From assembly GCA_012295275.1 (NCBI GenBank), contig CM022674.1, forward strand, positions 1 through 64,000: a stretch of 64,000 bases of DNA, written 5' to 3'. The DNA is from Chrysomallon squamiferum (taxonomy: Eukaryota; Animalia; Mollusca). Of this stretch, positions 1 through 12,574 are shown piece after piece (position 1 is the stretch's first letter; the number at the start of each line of letters is the position of its first letter). The position numbers and the translations under genes were made by a program. The notes below the pieces were generated by a model, which did not search any database, was not told where the DNA came from, and saw only the letters and a list, made by a program, of their open reading frames with translations.

Positions 1-3000
1 AAATTTGCTCGATTTTTTTCAAACGCATTTTCAAAAGGTGCAGCACCTTTGGTAAATGTTGGAAACGTTTTTGCCACACTCGCCCCGACGGCGCGCACGT
101 TTTGCACACGTCGAAATATTTTTCCCGACCAAACGGAACAGTGCCACACGGATTTTCAACTTTTGAAAATCGAATTTTTTCAAGTTTCGTTGAAAATGCT
201 AGGGGTACCTTTTTCAAAGTGCAATAACTTTTTCCGAGCACGTGGGAAAAATCGGGCGCACATACCGATTTTTTTTCAAACGCATTTTCAAAAGGTGCAG
301 CACCTTTGGTAAATGTTGGAAACGTTTTTCCCACACTCGCCCCGACGGCGCGCACGTTTTGCACACGTCGAAATATTTTTCCCGACCAAACGGAACAGTG
401 CCACACGGATTTTCAACTTTTGAAAATCGAATTTTTTCAAGTTTCGTTGAAAATGCTAGGGGTACCTTTTTCAAAGTGCAATAACTTTTTCCGAGCACGT
501 GGGAAAAATCGGGCGCACATACCCAAAAGTGGGGCAAGGGTTGCCCGACACGGGTCAAAAGTGCCGCACGCCCCACCCAAGGGGAACAACTCGTTTCCGA
601 CACGTGCACAAAAAACGCACATGTTTTGAAAATTTGCTCGATTTTTTTTCAAACGCATTTTCAAAAGGTGCAGCACCTTTGGTAAATGTTGGAAACGTTT
701 TTGCCACACTCGCCCCGACGGCGCGCACGTTTTGCACACGTCGAAATATTTTTCCCGACCAAACGGAACAGTGCCACACGGATTTTCAACTTTTGAAAAT
801 CGAATTTTTCAAGTTTCGTTGAAAATGCTAGGGGTACCTTTTTCAAAGTGCAATAACTTTTTCCGAGCACGTGGGAAAAATCGGGCGCACATACCCAAAA
901 GTGGGGCAAGGGTTGCCCGACACGGGTCAAAAGTGCCGCACGCCCCACCCAAGGGGAACAACTCGTTTCCGACACGTGCACAAAAAACGCACATGTTTTT
1001 GAAAATTTGCTCGATTTTTTTTCAAACGCATTTTCAAAAGGTGCAGCACCTTTGGTAAATGTTGGAAACGTTTTTGCCACACTCGCCCCGACGGCGCGCA
1101 CCTTTTGCACACGTCGAAATATTTTTCCCGACCAAACGGAACAGTGCCACACGGATTTTCAACTTTTGAAAATCGAATTTTTTCAAGTTTCGTTGAAAAT
1201 GCTAGGGGTACCTTTTTCAAAGTGCAATAACTTTTTCCGAGCACGTGGGAAAAATCGGGCGCACATACCCAAAAGTGGGGCAAGGGTTGCCCGACACGGG
1301 TCAAAAGTGCCGCACGCCCCACCCAAGGGGAACAACTCGTTTCCGACACGTGCACAAAAAACGCACATGTTTTTGAAAATTTGCTCGATTTTTTTCAAAC
1401 GCATTTTCAAAAGGTGCAGCACCTTTGGTAAATGTTGGAAACGTTTTTGCCACACTCGCCCCGACGGCGCGCACGTTTTGCACACGTCGAAATATTTTTC
1501 CCGACCAAACGGAACAGTGCCACACGGATTTTCAACTTTTGAAAATCGAATTTTTTCAAGTTTCGTTGAAAATGCTAGGGGTACCTTTTTCAATAACTTT
1601 TTCCGAGCACGTGGGAAAAATCGGGCGCACATACCCAAAAGTGGGGCAAGGGTTGCCCGACACGGGTCAAAAGTGCCGCACGCCCCACCCAAGGGGAACA
1701 ACTCGTTTCCGACACGTGCACAAAAAACGCACATGTTTTTGAAAATTTGCTCGATTTTTTTTCAAACGCATTTTCAAAAGGTGCAGCACCTTTGGTAAAT
1801 GTTGGAAACGTTTTTGCCACACTCGCCCCGACGGCGCGCACGTTTTGCACACGTCGAAATATTTTTCCCGACCAAACGGAACAGTGCCACACGGATTTTC
1901 AACTTTTGAAAATCGAATTTTTCAAGTTTCGTTGAAAATGCTAGGGGTACCTTTTTCAAAGTGCAATAACTTTTTCCGAGCACGTGGAAAAATCGGGCGC
2001 ACATACCCAAAAGTGGGGCAAGGGTTGCCCGACACGGGTCAAAAGTGCCGCACGCCCCACCCAAGGGGAACAACTCTGTTTCCGACACGTGCAAAAACGC
2101 ACATGTTTTGAAAATTTGCTCGATTTTTTTTTCAAACGCATTTTCAAAAGGTGCAGCACCTTTGGTAAATGTTGGAAACGTTTTTGCCCACACTCGCCCC
2201 GACGGCGCGCACGTTTTGCACACGTCGAAATATTTTTCCCGACCAAACGGAACAGTGCCACACGGATTTTCAACTTTTGAAAATCGAATTTTTTCAAGTT
2301 TCGTTGAAAATGCTAGGGGTACCTTTTTCAAAGTGCAATAACTTTTTCCGAGCACGTGGGAAAAATCGGGCGCACATACCCAAAAGTGGGGCAAGGGTTG
2401 CCCGACACGGGTCAAAAGTGCCGCACGCCCCACCCAAGGGGAACAACTCGTTTCCGACACGTGCACAAAAACGCACATGTTTTTGAAAATTTGCTCGATT
2501 TTTTTCAAACGCATTTTCAAAAGGTGCAGCACCTTTGGTAAATGTTGGAAACGTTTTTGCCACACTCGCCCCGACGGCGCGCACGTTTTGCACACGTCGA
2601 AATATTTTTCCCGACCAAACGGAACAGTGCCACACGGATTTTCAACTTTGAAAATCGATTTTTTCAAGTTTCGTTGAAAATGCTAGGGGTACTTTTTTTT
2701 CAAAGTGCAATAACTTTTTCCGAGCACGTGGGAAAAATCGGGCGCACATACCCAAAAGTGGGGCAAGGGTTGCCCGACACGGGTCAAAAGTGCCGCACGC
2801 CCCACCCAAGGGGAACAACTCGTTTCCGACACGTGCACAAAAAACGCACATGTTTTTGAAAATTTGCTCGATTTTTTTCAAACGCATTTTCAAAAGGTGC
2901 AGCACCTTTGGTAAATGTTGGAAACGTTTTTGCCACACTCGCCCCGACGGCGCGCACGTTTTGCACACGTCGAAATATTTTTCCCGACCAAACGGAACAG

Positions 3001-6000
3001 TGCCACACGGATTTTCAACTTTTGAAAATCGAATTTTTTCAAGTTTCGTTGAAAATGCTAGGGGTACCTTTTTCAAAGTGCAATAACTTTTTCCGAGCAC
3101 GTGGGAAAAATCGGGCGCACATACCCAAAAGTGGGGCAAGGGTTGCCCGACACGGGTCAAAAGTGCCGCACGCCCCACCCAAGGGGAACAACTCGTTTCC
3201 GACACGTGCACAAAAAACGCACATGTTTTTGGAACAGTGCCACACGGATTTTCAACTTTTGAAAAAATTTGCTCGATTTTTTTTCAAACGCATTTTCAAA
3301 AGGTGCAGCACCTTTGGTAAATGTTGGAAACGTTTTTGCCGTTTTTTGCCACACTCGCCCCGACGGCGCGCACGTTTTGCACACGTCGAAATATTTTTCC
3401 CGACCAAACGGAACAGTGCCACACGGATTTTCAACTTTGAAAATCGAAATTTTTCAAGTTTCGTTGAAAATGCTAGGGGTACTTTTTTTCAAAGTGCAAT
3501 AACTTTTTCCGAGCACGTGGGAAAAAATCGGGCGCACATACCCAAAAGTGGGCAAGGGTTGCCCGACACGGGTCAAAAGTGCCGCACGCCCCACCCAAGG
3601 GGAACAACTCGTTTCCGACACGTGCACAAAAAACGCACATGTTTTTGAAAATTTGCTCGATTTTTTTTTCAAACGCATTTTCAAAAGGTGCAGCACCTTT
3701 GGTAAATGTTGGAAACGTTTTTGCCACACTCGCCCCGACGGCGCGCACGTTTTGCACACGTCGAAATATTTTTCCCGACCAAACGGAACAGTGCCACACG
3801 GATTTTCAACTTTTGAAAATCGAATTTTTTCAAGTTTCGTTGAAAATGCTAGGGTACCTTTTTCAAAGTGCAATAACTTTTTCCGAGCACGTGGGAAAAA
3901 TCGGGCGCACATACCCAAAAGTGGGCAAGGGTTGCCCGACACGGGTCAAAAGTGCCGCACGCCCCACCCAAGGGGAACAACTCGTTTCCGACACGTGCAC
4001 AAAAAACGCACATGTTTTTGAAAATTTGCTCGATTTTTTTTCAAACGCATTTTCAAAAGGTGCAGCACCTTTGGTAAATGTTGGAAACGTTTTTGCCACA
4101 CTCGCCCCGACGGCGCGCACGTTTTGCACACGTCGAAATATTTTTCCCGACCAAACGGAACAGTGCCACACGGATTTTCAACTTTTGAAAATCGAATTTT
4201 TTCAAGTTTCGTTGAAAATGCTAGGGGTACCTTTTTCAAAGTGCAATAACTTTTTCCGAGCACGTGGGAAAAATCGGGCGCACATACCCAAAAGTGGGGC
4301 AAGGGTTGCCCGACACGGGTCAAAAGTGCCGCACGCCCCACCCAAGGGGAACAACTCGTTTCCGACACGTGCACAAAAAACGCACATGTTTTTGAAAATT
4401 TGCTCGATTTTTTTTCAAACGCATTTTCAAAAGGTGCAGCACCTTTGGTAAATGTTGGAAACGTTTTTGCCACACTCGCCCCGACGGCGCGCGCACGTTT
4501 TGCACACGTCGAAATATTTTTCCCGACCAAACGGAACAGTGCCACACGGATTTTCAACTTTGAAAATCGAATTTTTTCAAGTTTCGTTGAAAATGCTAGG
4601 GGTACTTTTTCAAAGTGCAATAACTTTTTCCGAGCACGGGAAAAATCGGGCGCACATACCCAAAAGTGGGGCAAGGGTTGCCCGACACGGGTCAAAAGTG
4701 CCGCACGCCCCACCCAAGGGGAACAACTCGTTTCCGACACGTGCACAAAAAACGCACATGTTTTTGAAAATTTGCTCGTTTTTTTTTTCAAACGCATTTT
4801 CAAAAGGTGCAGCACCTTTGGTAAATGTTGGAAACGTTTTTGCCCACACTCGCCCCGACGGCGCGCACGTTTTGCACACGTCGAAATATTTTTCCCGACC
4901 AAACGGAACAGTGCCACACGGATTTTCAACTTTGAAAATCGAATTTTTCAAGTTTCGTTGAAAATGCTAGGGGTACCTTTTTCAAAGTGCAATAACTTTT
5001 TCCGAGCACGTGGGAAAAATCGGGCGCACATACAAAAAAGGGGCAAGGGTTGCCCGACACGGGTCAAAAGTGCCGCACGCCCCACCCAAGGGGAACAACT
5101 CGTTTCCGACACGTGCACAAAAAACGCACATGTTTTTGAAAATTTGCTCGTTTTTTTTTCAAACGCATTTTCAAAAGGTGCAGCACCTTTGGTAAATGTT
5201 GGAAACGTTTTTGCCACACTCGCCCCGACGGCGCGCACGTTTTGCACACGTCGAAATATTTTTCCCGACCAAACGGAACAGTGCCACACGGATTTTCAAC
5301 TTTGAAAATCGAATTTTTTCAAGTTTCGTTGAAAATGCTAGGGGTACCTTTTTCAAAGTGCAATAACTTTTCCGAGCACGTGGGAAAAATCGGGCGCACA
5401 TACCCAAAAGTGGGGCAAGGGTTGCCCGACACGGGTCAAAAAAGTGCCGCACGCCCCACCCAAGGGGAACAACTCGTTTCCGACACGTGCACAAAAAACG
5501 CACATGTTTTGAAAATTTGCTCGATTTTTTTCAAACGCATTTTCAAAAGGTGCAGCACCTTTGGTAAATGTTGGAAACGTTTTTGCCACACTCGCCCCGA
5601 CGGCGCGCACGTTTTGCACACGTCGAAATATTTTTCCCGACCAAACGGAACAGTGCCACACGGATTTTCAACTTTGAAAATCGAATTTTTCAAGTTTCGT
5701 TGAAAATGCTAGGGGGTACTTTTTCAAAGTGCAATAACTTTTCCGAGCACGTGGGAAAAATCGGGCGCACATACCCAAAAGTGGGGCAAGGGTTGCCCGA
5801 CACGGGTCAAAAGTGCCGCACGCCCCACCCAAGGGGAACAACTCGTTTCCGACACGTGCACAAAAAACGCACATGTTTTTGAAAATTTGCTCGATTTTTT
5901 TTCAAACGCATTTTCAAAAGGTGCAGCACCTTTGGTAAATGTTGGAAACGTTTTTGCCACACTCGCCCCGACGGCGCGCACGTTTTGCACACGTCGAAAT

Positions 6001-7900
6001 ATTTTTCCCGACCAAACGGAACAGTGCCACACGGATTTTCAACTTTTGAAAATCGAATTTTTTCAAGTTTCGTTGAAAATGCTAGGGGTACCTTTTTCAA
6101 AGTGCAATAACTTTTTCCGAGCACGTGGGAAAAATCGGGCGCACATACCCAAAAGTGGGGCAAGGGTTGCCCGACACGGGTCAAAAGTGCCGCACGCCCC
6201 ACCCAAGGGGAACAACTCGTTTCCGACACGTGCACAAAAAACGCACATGTTTTTGAAAATTTGCTCGATTTTTTTTCAAACGCATTTTCAAAAGGTGCAG
6301 CACCTTTGGTAAATGTTGGAAACGTTTTTGCCACACTCGCCCCGACGGCGCGCACGTTTTGCACACGTCGAAATATTTTTCCCGACCAAACGGAACAGTG
6401 CCACACGGATTTTCAACTTTTGAAAATCGAATTTTTTCAAGTTTCGTTGAAAATGCTAGGGGTACCTTTTTCAAAGTGCAATAACTTTTTCCGAGCACGT
6501 GGGAAAAATCGGGCGCACATACCCAAAAGTGGGGCAAGGGTTGCCCGACACGGGTCAAAAGTGCCGCACGCCCCACCCAAGGGGAACAACTCGTTTCCGA
6601 CACGTGCACAAAAACGCACATGTTTTTGAAAATTTGCTCGATTTTTTTCAAACGCATTTTCAAAAGGTGCAGCACCTTTGGTAAATGTTGGAAACGTTTT
6701 TGCCACACTCGCCCCGACGGCGCGCACGTTTTGCACACGTCGAAATATTTTTCCCGACCAAACGGAACAGTGCCACACGGATTTTCAACTTTTGAAAATC
6801 GAATTTTTTCAAGTTTCGTTGAAAATGCTAGGGGTACCTTTTTCAAAGTGCAATAACTTTTTCCGAGCACGTGGGAAAAATCGGGCGCACATACCCAAAA
6901 GTGGGGCAAGGGTTGCCCGACACGGGTCAAAAGTGCCGCACGCCCCACCCAAGGGGAACAACTCGTTTCCGACACGTGCACAAAAAACGCACATGTTTTT
7001 GAAAATTTGTTCGATTTTTTTTCAAACGCATTTTCAAAAGGTGCAGCACCTTTGGTAAATGTTGGAAACGTTTTTGCCCACACTCGCCCCGACGGCGCGC
7101 ACGTTTTGCACATCGTCGAAATATTTTTCCCGACCAAACGGAACAGTGCCACACGGATTTTCAACTTTTGAAAATCGAATTTTTTTCAAGTTTCGTTGAA
7201 AATGCTAGGGGTACCTTTTCAAAGTGCAATAACTTTTCCGAGAAACGTGGAAAAAAAAATCGGGCGCACATACCCAAAAGTGGGGAAAAATATTTGACAC
7301 GGGTCAAAAGTGCCGCACGCCCCACCCAAGGGGAACAAAATCGTTTCCGACAATTGCACAAAAAACGCACATGTTTTTGAAAAAATTTCGATTTTTTTCA
7401 AACGCATTTTCAAAAGGTGCAGCACCTTTGGTAAATGTTGGAAACGTTTTTGCCATTTTTCGCCCCGACGGCGCGCACGTTTTGCATCACACGTCGAAAT
7501 ATTTTTCCCGACCAAACGGAACAGTGCCACACGGATTTTCAACTTTTGAAAATCGAATTTTTTCGGAAAAAAAATTTCACTTTGAAAAAGGGTACCTTTT
7601 TCAAAGTGCAATAACTTTTTCCGAGAACGTGGGAAAAAAATCGGGCGATTTTCAAAAGTTGAAAAGCCCGGTTGCACTGTTCGGTTCAAAAGTGCCGCAA
7701 ATATTTCGAGGGGAAAAAACGTTGCGACCGTCGGGAAAATTGTGCGCACATGTTTTTCGGAAAAATTTTTTTATTTTTTCAAACGCATTTTCAAAAGGTG
7801 CAGCACCTTTGGAAAATGCGTTTGAAAAAAAAACGAGCATATTTTCAAAAACATGTGCGTTTTTTGTGCACGAATATTTTTCCCGACCAAACGGAACATC
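1..7900. repeat. Tandem satellite DNA array, monomer ~373-374 bp, ~21 copies, continues off the left edge of the window
   Basis: Marker GAAAATTTGCTCGATTTTTT recurs at ~1001, 1375, 1741 ... 5881, 6255, 6628, 7001 (spacing 373-374). Copies differ mostly in homopolymer length. Much richer in GC and CpG than the flanks. Confidence 0.98.
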
Positions 7901-8740
7901 AATTTACTATTCCCACAGAAAAAGAAAATAATAATAATAGTCATTATGTCATTATGTCCAGTGAAACTACCTTCTATGCTAAAGATGCTGAATGCCTAAG
8001 ACAGCAATAGAGACTCGATGAATTGGAGAAATGTTTAACATAGATCTAGAGAGAATACTAATTATGTGCAGTAAATGTTAATATGTCAGAATCACTAATG
8101 GAATAACTAACTTATAAAGAAGTTACTAAAGTTTTGCGAAAAATGAATAATTTAAAGTAACCGGAAACATTTGGACACTGTAGATTTTATGAGATTCTTT
8201 TGGTCTGATATTAGCTATTTTGTTATTTTGAAGTTTATATATCAGATTCACCAAAAAATTGGTTTGATTACACTTATTCTTAAGAAAGATAAGTCAAAAG
8301 AATATATTAAGAATTGCAGATCATTATCACTCCTAAATATTATTTACACACTAGACAGGAGCTGTCACACAAATAAAATCTGTCCTCCCATTAACAGCAT
8401 CCAGTAATCAAAATGGATTTATACATGTCTAATCAATAGTTAATAATAATAATAGACTTATTTATGATATATTACATTACACATAAAATAAGCCTGGGAT
8501 GTTATTAATGAAAACACTTTTGATAGAATTTCGTGGAATTCTTTAAAAAACATTTTAGCTTATTTTAAGTCTGGGGTCTTGATCCAAAGGTGGATATTGA
8601 CCTTTCATAATGAATGTGAATTGTATTTATATCTAAACGGTAAGATCAGTGAACGGTTCGGTCTTGGCAAAGAATAGACAAGAAGATCCCCTATTTCCCT
8701 ATATATTCATTTTATGGGTTGAGATTCTTGGAATCTTGGT
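7900..8740 (+). mobile_element. Degenerate non-LTR retrotransposon (Tx1/L1 clade) reverse transcriptase fragment
   Basis: Broken frames give TVDFMRFFWSDI, GLITLILKKDKSKEYIKNCRSLSLLNIIY, QNGFI, NNRLIYDILHYT, FDRISW, LNGKISERFGL, RQEDPL and PYIFILWVEIL. These match Tx1/L1 RT motifs (KNWRPISLLN, DFEKAFD, RQGDPLSP). Multiple stops and frameshifts. Confidence 0.85.
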
Positions 8741-8769
8741 AAGAAATAACAAAATAATTTTATAAAACA

Positions 8770-9375
8770 GGTAAACAAGTGATTCCTTGTCCAACCTCTC
8801 ATTACAGCATCATAAACTTTTGGTAACACTGCATTCCTAACATCCTTGTTTGATACTGGAATGTTTTCAAACTGAGACATAATGTACACGAGTTGTGTCC
8901 ACCATTGTTTCTTCCTCTTGTGCCAATTTGATGGGAAGACCAGATATTCCATCCGTATTTCCATGTTTTCGGGAGGGGGGGTGTTTTTTTATTCAGGGTC
9001 TTATTGAAAACCGGCTAAGTATAGCATATAATACTGCAATCAAGCTGCTGTTGTTACAGATGTTCATTTTTCTGGACTAAAAATGGATGCCATTTGTCGA
9101 CGATCGGTCACTCATATATGTATGAATGGAATTTCTTTTCCACCCCCACCAACCCTAAAGCTTCTTTATCTGTCTATGAACAGTTTTTCTCAGCATGATT
9201 TAAATACCAAGATGCAATTGCAGTTGGTCTCTCTGAAGTGTCCTCAAAAACTTGCGACAAAATGGCACCTAAGCTACATGGTTATGCATCTGTTCCAGTT
9301 TTACAGGTTTTTCTGGGTCATAGTGTGTTAGGACTTGCTCAGATGTTATGTTCTCTTTGATTCCATGAAAGGTCA
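8770..9375 (-). mobile_element. Degenerate Ty3/Gypsy LTR-retrotransposon pol fragment (RT connection, RNase H, integrase linker)
   Basis: Minus strand reads VLTHYDPEKPVKLGTDA*PCSLGAILSQ..ERPTAIASWYLNHAEKN, DKEALG..KKFH, VTDRRQMASIFSPEK, AA*LQYYMLYLAGFQ, HGNTDGISGLP and SQFENIPVS..VLPKVYDAVMRGW. These match Gypsy RNase H motifs (DAS, EKEALA, TDHKPL, NADGLSRLP). Confidence 0.88.
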
Positions 9376-9382
9376 CTTCACA

Positions 9383-9690
9383 ATACTAGGTTGATTACTA
9401 GGTCGATTATTATCAGCTAGGCAAATACTAGATTGATTATCAGCTAGGTGAATAGTTGGTCGATATTAATCAGGTGAATACTAGGTTGATTATGATCAGC
9501 TAGGTGAATATTTGATTATTTCCAACTAGCTGAATACTAGGTTGATTATCAGCTGCATGAATACTAGGTTGATTATTACAATTTAGGGGTGTACTTTTTT
9601 ACCAGTCAGGTAAGTAGCTGGTTGACTATTACCAGCTAGAAGAGTACATCAGCTGGTTATTACCAGTTAGGTCAGTATGTTGGTTCATTA
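9383..9690. repeat. Degenerate minisatellite, ~28-30 bp unit (CTAGGTTGATTATTATCAGCTAGGTGAATA-like)
   Basis: Repeated ACTAGGTTGATTA / TCAGCTAGGTGAATA blocks. Confidence 0.8.
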
Positions 9691-9802
9691 TGAAAATAGT
9701 TAATAAAAAGTACTAAATATGAATAAAAATGTTTGCTTAGTTAAATAATTTAATTTAAATGATTGAAAAATGATGAATATTTTATAAATCTTTGTGTGGC
9801 AG

Positions 9803-11880
9803 GTTTTCAAGACAATAAGAACCAATTTCATCCAGAGAGAGTTTGTATTTTAAACTTGGATCAAAGCTGGACGCAGATTTCTGGTCAGCAGCATCACAGT
9901 GTTGATTAATTACGAAGGTATTTATAAATAACAGACATGTTTAAATAATGTTTTTACTTATTTTTATTCATACAGTTTTGTGTTGTAAATACAATGTTTT
10001 ATAATGTAGGTTTAGAACAACATGTTTTGTTTTAGGATTGTTCACTGTCTCTTCATGAATTTGGATTTTGGATTTTTACAGTTAGGAAATGTTAACAACC
10101 AAATTCAGTCTGTGAAGGAAATCTCAGCTTACAAAATAGTTTCTTTGTTCTATCCAGACATCAGCCAACACTTTCTGTAACATAAGTCATTCCTTTATTA
10201 AACCACAGTGTTTGAAAATTCATTTGTAAAATACCCTTTAAAGTGTGGGATAGTTACATATACGCAGAGGTTGTTTTGTTGTTGTTGTTGTTTTTCATTA
10301 AAAAAATCCAAATTGATTTATTTTATTGAATGATGCAGGGGTCAGTGATGAAAATAAAAATAGTGGACAGGAGTTGAACTGATTGATCATCTGGAATCCC
10401 AAATATTATTGTATAACTGTTTTAAAAAAAATAATATAAATTTAAACACTTTTTTTTGTGTCAAAATGAAAAAACAGTCACTTGAATATCTACTAATAAT
10501 ATTGAAACTCGTTTAAACTTTTTCATTTTTTTAATACTAAGATATTTTTCAGTTTATGCAGATAAAATAAATAATAATGTCATATGTATTAGGAGATTTA
10601 TTTGATGCTATAAAACTACAGTCTCATAGTATATTACATAAACTGGAAAGTAAAATGCAAATACAGATGAATTTTTGATATCTTGATTTTGTTATTATTG
10701 TGTTATGGTGAAAAAATCCAAATTCCCCCATACCTCAATACCTACACAGCTATACCTGATTTTATATTAATTCAAGTCAAGCTAAACCACTCTGATATAT
10801 CTTTCCAAATATAATTGTATTTGCAGGATGTGTGGAGGCAAACTTTAAACCAAAAATTAGATTAAATTCCAGTAACAGCATATTTAAAAATTATAAATTC
10901 TAGACATAACAGTTTGTGCTCAGATTACTGCATTACAGCATATCAGTGTAAAACCAACAATAGAGGAGACTCCACACTCTTCAATAGGAGGTTTGTCTCT
11001 TTCATACAAGACTGGGAACATTTGAAGAATCATTACTTCAGTGTATGTAACTTGTGTTGTTTAGAATCTTGCTTGTTAATATTTTGTATTTTTATTTCAA
11101 GGTGAAGTGTTTTGTCTTGGCCGAGCAGACTATGGACGAGTGGGGATTGGGCAGGAAGCAAAGGAGACTGATGTACCTATATTAATCAACGTCTGTCCAG
11201 ATTGGAGCTGGGGGCCGACTCATATGACACTGATTCTGAAGATAAGTTTTGGTCTTGTGAGAAACAGGTTGTACAGGAAAATGTTTTGTTTACAGATAGT
11301 GTTGATTTATTTGTTTACAGATGGAGTAGATTTATTGAGTTTATTTGTTTACAGATAGTGTAGACTTAATAACTGCATTTCTTTACAGACAGTATAGTTC
11401 TAAGGAGTGTATTTGTTTACAGACAGTATAGATTTGATGACTACATTTGTTTACAGATCATGTAGATTTAATGAGTGTATTTGTTTACAGATGGAGATTT
11501 ATTGAGTTCATTTGTTTACAGATGGTGTAGATTTATAGAGCTTATTTATTTACAGACAGTATAGTTCTAAGGAATGTATTTGTTTACAGATAGTGTAGAT
11601 TTAATTACAACATTTATTTACAGATTGTGTAGATTTAATGAGCATATTTGTTTACTAACAGAGTAGATTTAATGACTACATTTGTTTACAGACAGTATAG
11701 ATTTAACGAGTATATTTGTTTACTTATAGTGTAGATGTAATGAGTGTTTTTATTTATATTATGTAAATTTAGTGAGTATATTTGTTTACTAGTGACAGAG
11801 TGTTATATTTGTCTCAGTGTGCTGTGATGGTTGATGCAGGAGGGCAATGCATGGTTCTACTGGTACATGTAAGAATGGAC
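9803..11880 (+). pseudogene. RCC1: Intron-retaining relic of the 3' half of RCC1 (Ran GEF)
   Basis: Exon-like 9803-9917 (AG/GT bounded) reads FQDNKNQFHPERVCILNLDQSWTQISGQQHHSV then a stop. 11102-~11240 reads EVFCLGRADYGRVGIGQEAKETDVPILI. ~11810-11870 reads AVMVDAGGQCMVLLV. These are collinear with recalled RCC1 SWVGFSGGQHHTV / AYSLGRAEYGRLGLG / SVSSGGQHTVLLV. No 5' exons are seen. Confidence 0.8.
11285..11795. repeat. Minisatellite, ~33-34 bp unit (TTTGTTTACAGATAGTGTAGATTTAATGAGTGTA), ~15 copies
   Basis: TTTGTTTACAGA recurs about every 33 bp. Confidence 0.92.
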
Positions 11881-12541
11881 ACTAGTATGTTATATCACAG
11901 ACAGTTTGCTGTAAGAGTAAGATGTAAAAGAAAGCTACAGCAGATTAGTGACATTCAAATGGTATGTTACATTTAAATATTTTAAATACAAAATTTACTT
12001 TAATTATTTTGTAATAATGGTACCTGAGACCTAATCTGAATTATATCATTTAAACCAAAAATGGGTATTTTTTGTTTTATGCATAACCTGATTATTAAAG
12101 AAACACTGTGTGTTCATTAATGAGTTTTTAAATTATTTCTGAATTGATATGTACAAGATTGTGTTTAAATTTGATATGTTACATACTGATACTGGTGTCT
12201 AGCACTTGGCGAAGAGGATGATGTTGGCTGATATCCCAATCTAACCAGATCTAAATAAAATCAATGTTTCAGCCCAGTATATCAAAATGACTATACATTT
12301 CTGTCAATTCATAATTATTAGTTATTAGTTCTCACCGATTTTCATTGGCACCAAGTGGATTTTCCATAAAAGGAATATTACACATCATACTATCATGAGA
12401 TAGGAAAATACCTCCAGTAGATCTGAGAAGAAGGTTTCATCCTATACACTAATTTTGAAAAGCAACAAAATATCAATAAAACCTGTCAATGAGCAAAAAA
12501 CAAGAAATAATAAACAAAACATTTAGAGAATAATAACAAAT

Positions 12542-12574
<33 letters not shown>

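Noticed and set aside
185-201. CENP-B box-like TTTCGTTGAAAATGCTA in each monomer
   Set aside because: It matches CTTCGTTGGAAACGGGA at 12/17 positions but only 6 of the 9 essential bases (CGGG is lost), so it is not a supportable functional box.
1-7240. CRISPR-like array
   Set aside because: The whole 374-bp unit repeats with no unique spacers, there are no cas genes, and the context is eukaryotic.
49-8010. Dozens of overlapping ORFs up to 327 aa in the satellite
   Set aside because: They result from a stop-poor repeat. All six frames are open, homopolymer indels switch frames at random, and no domain is recognisable.
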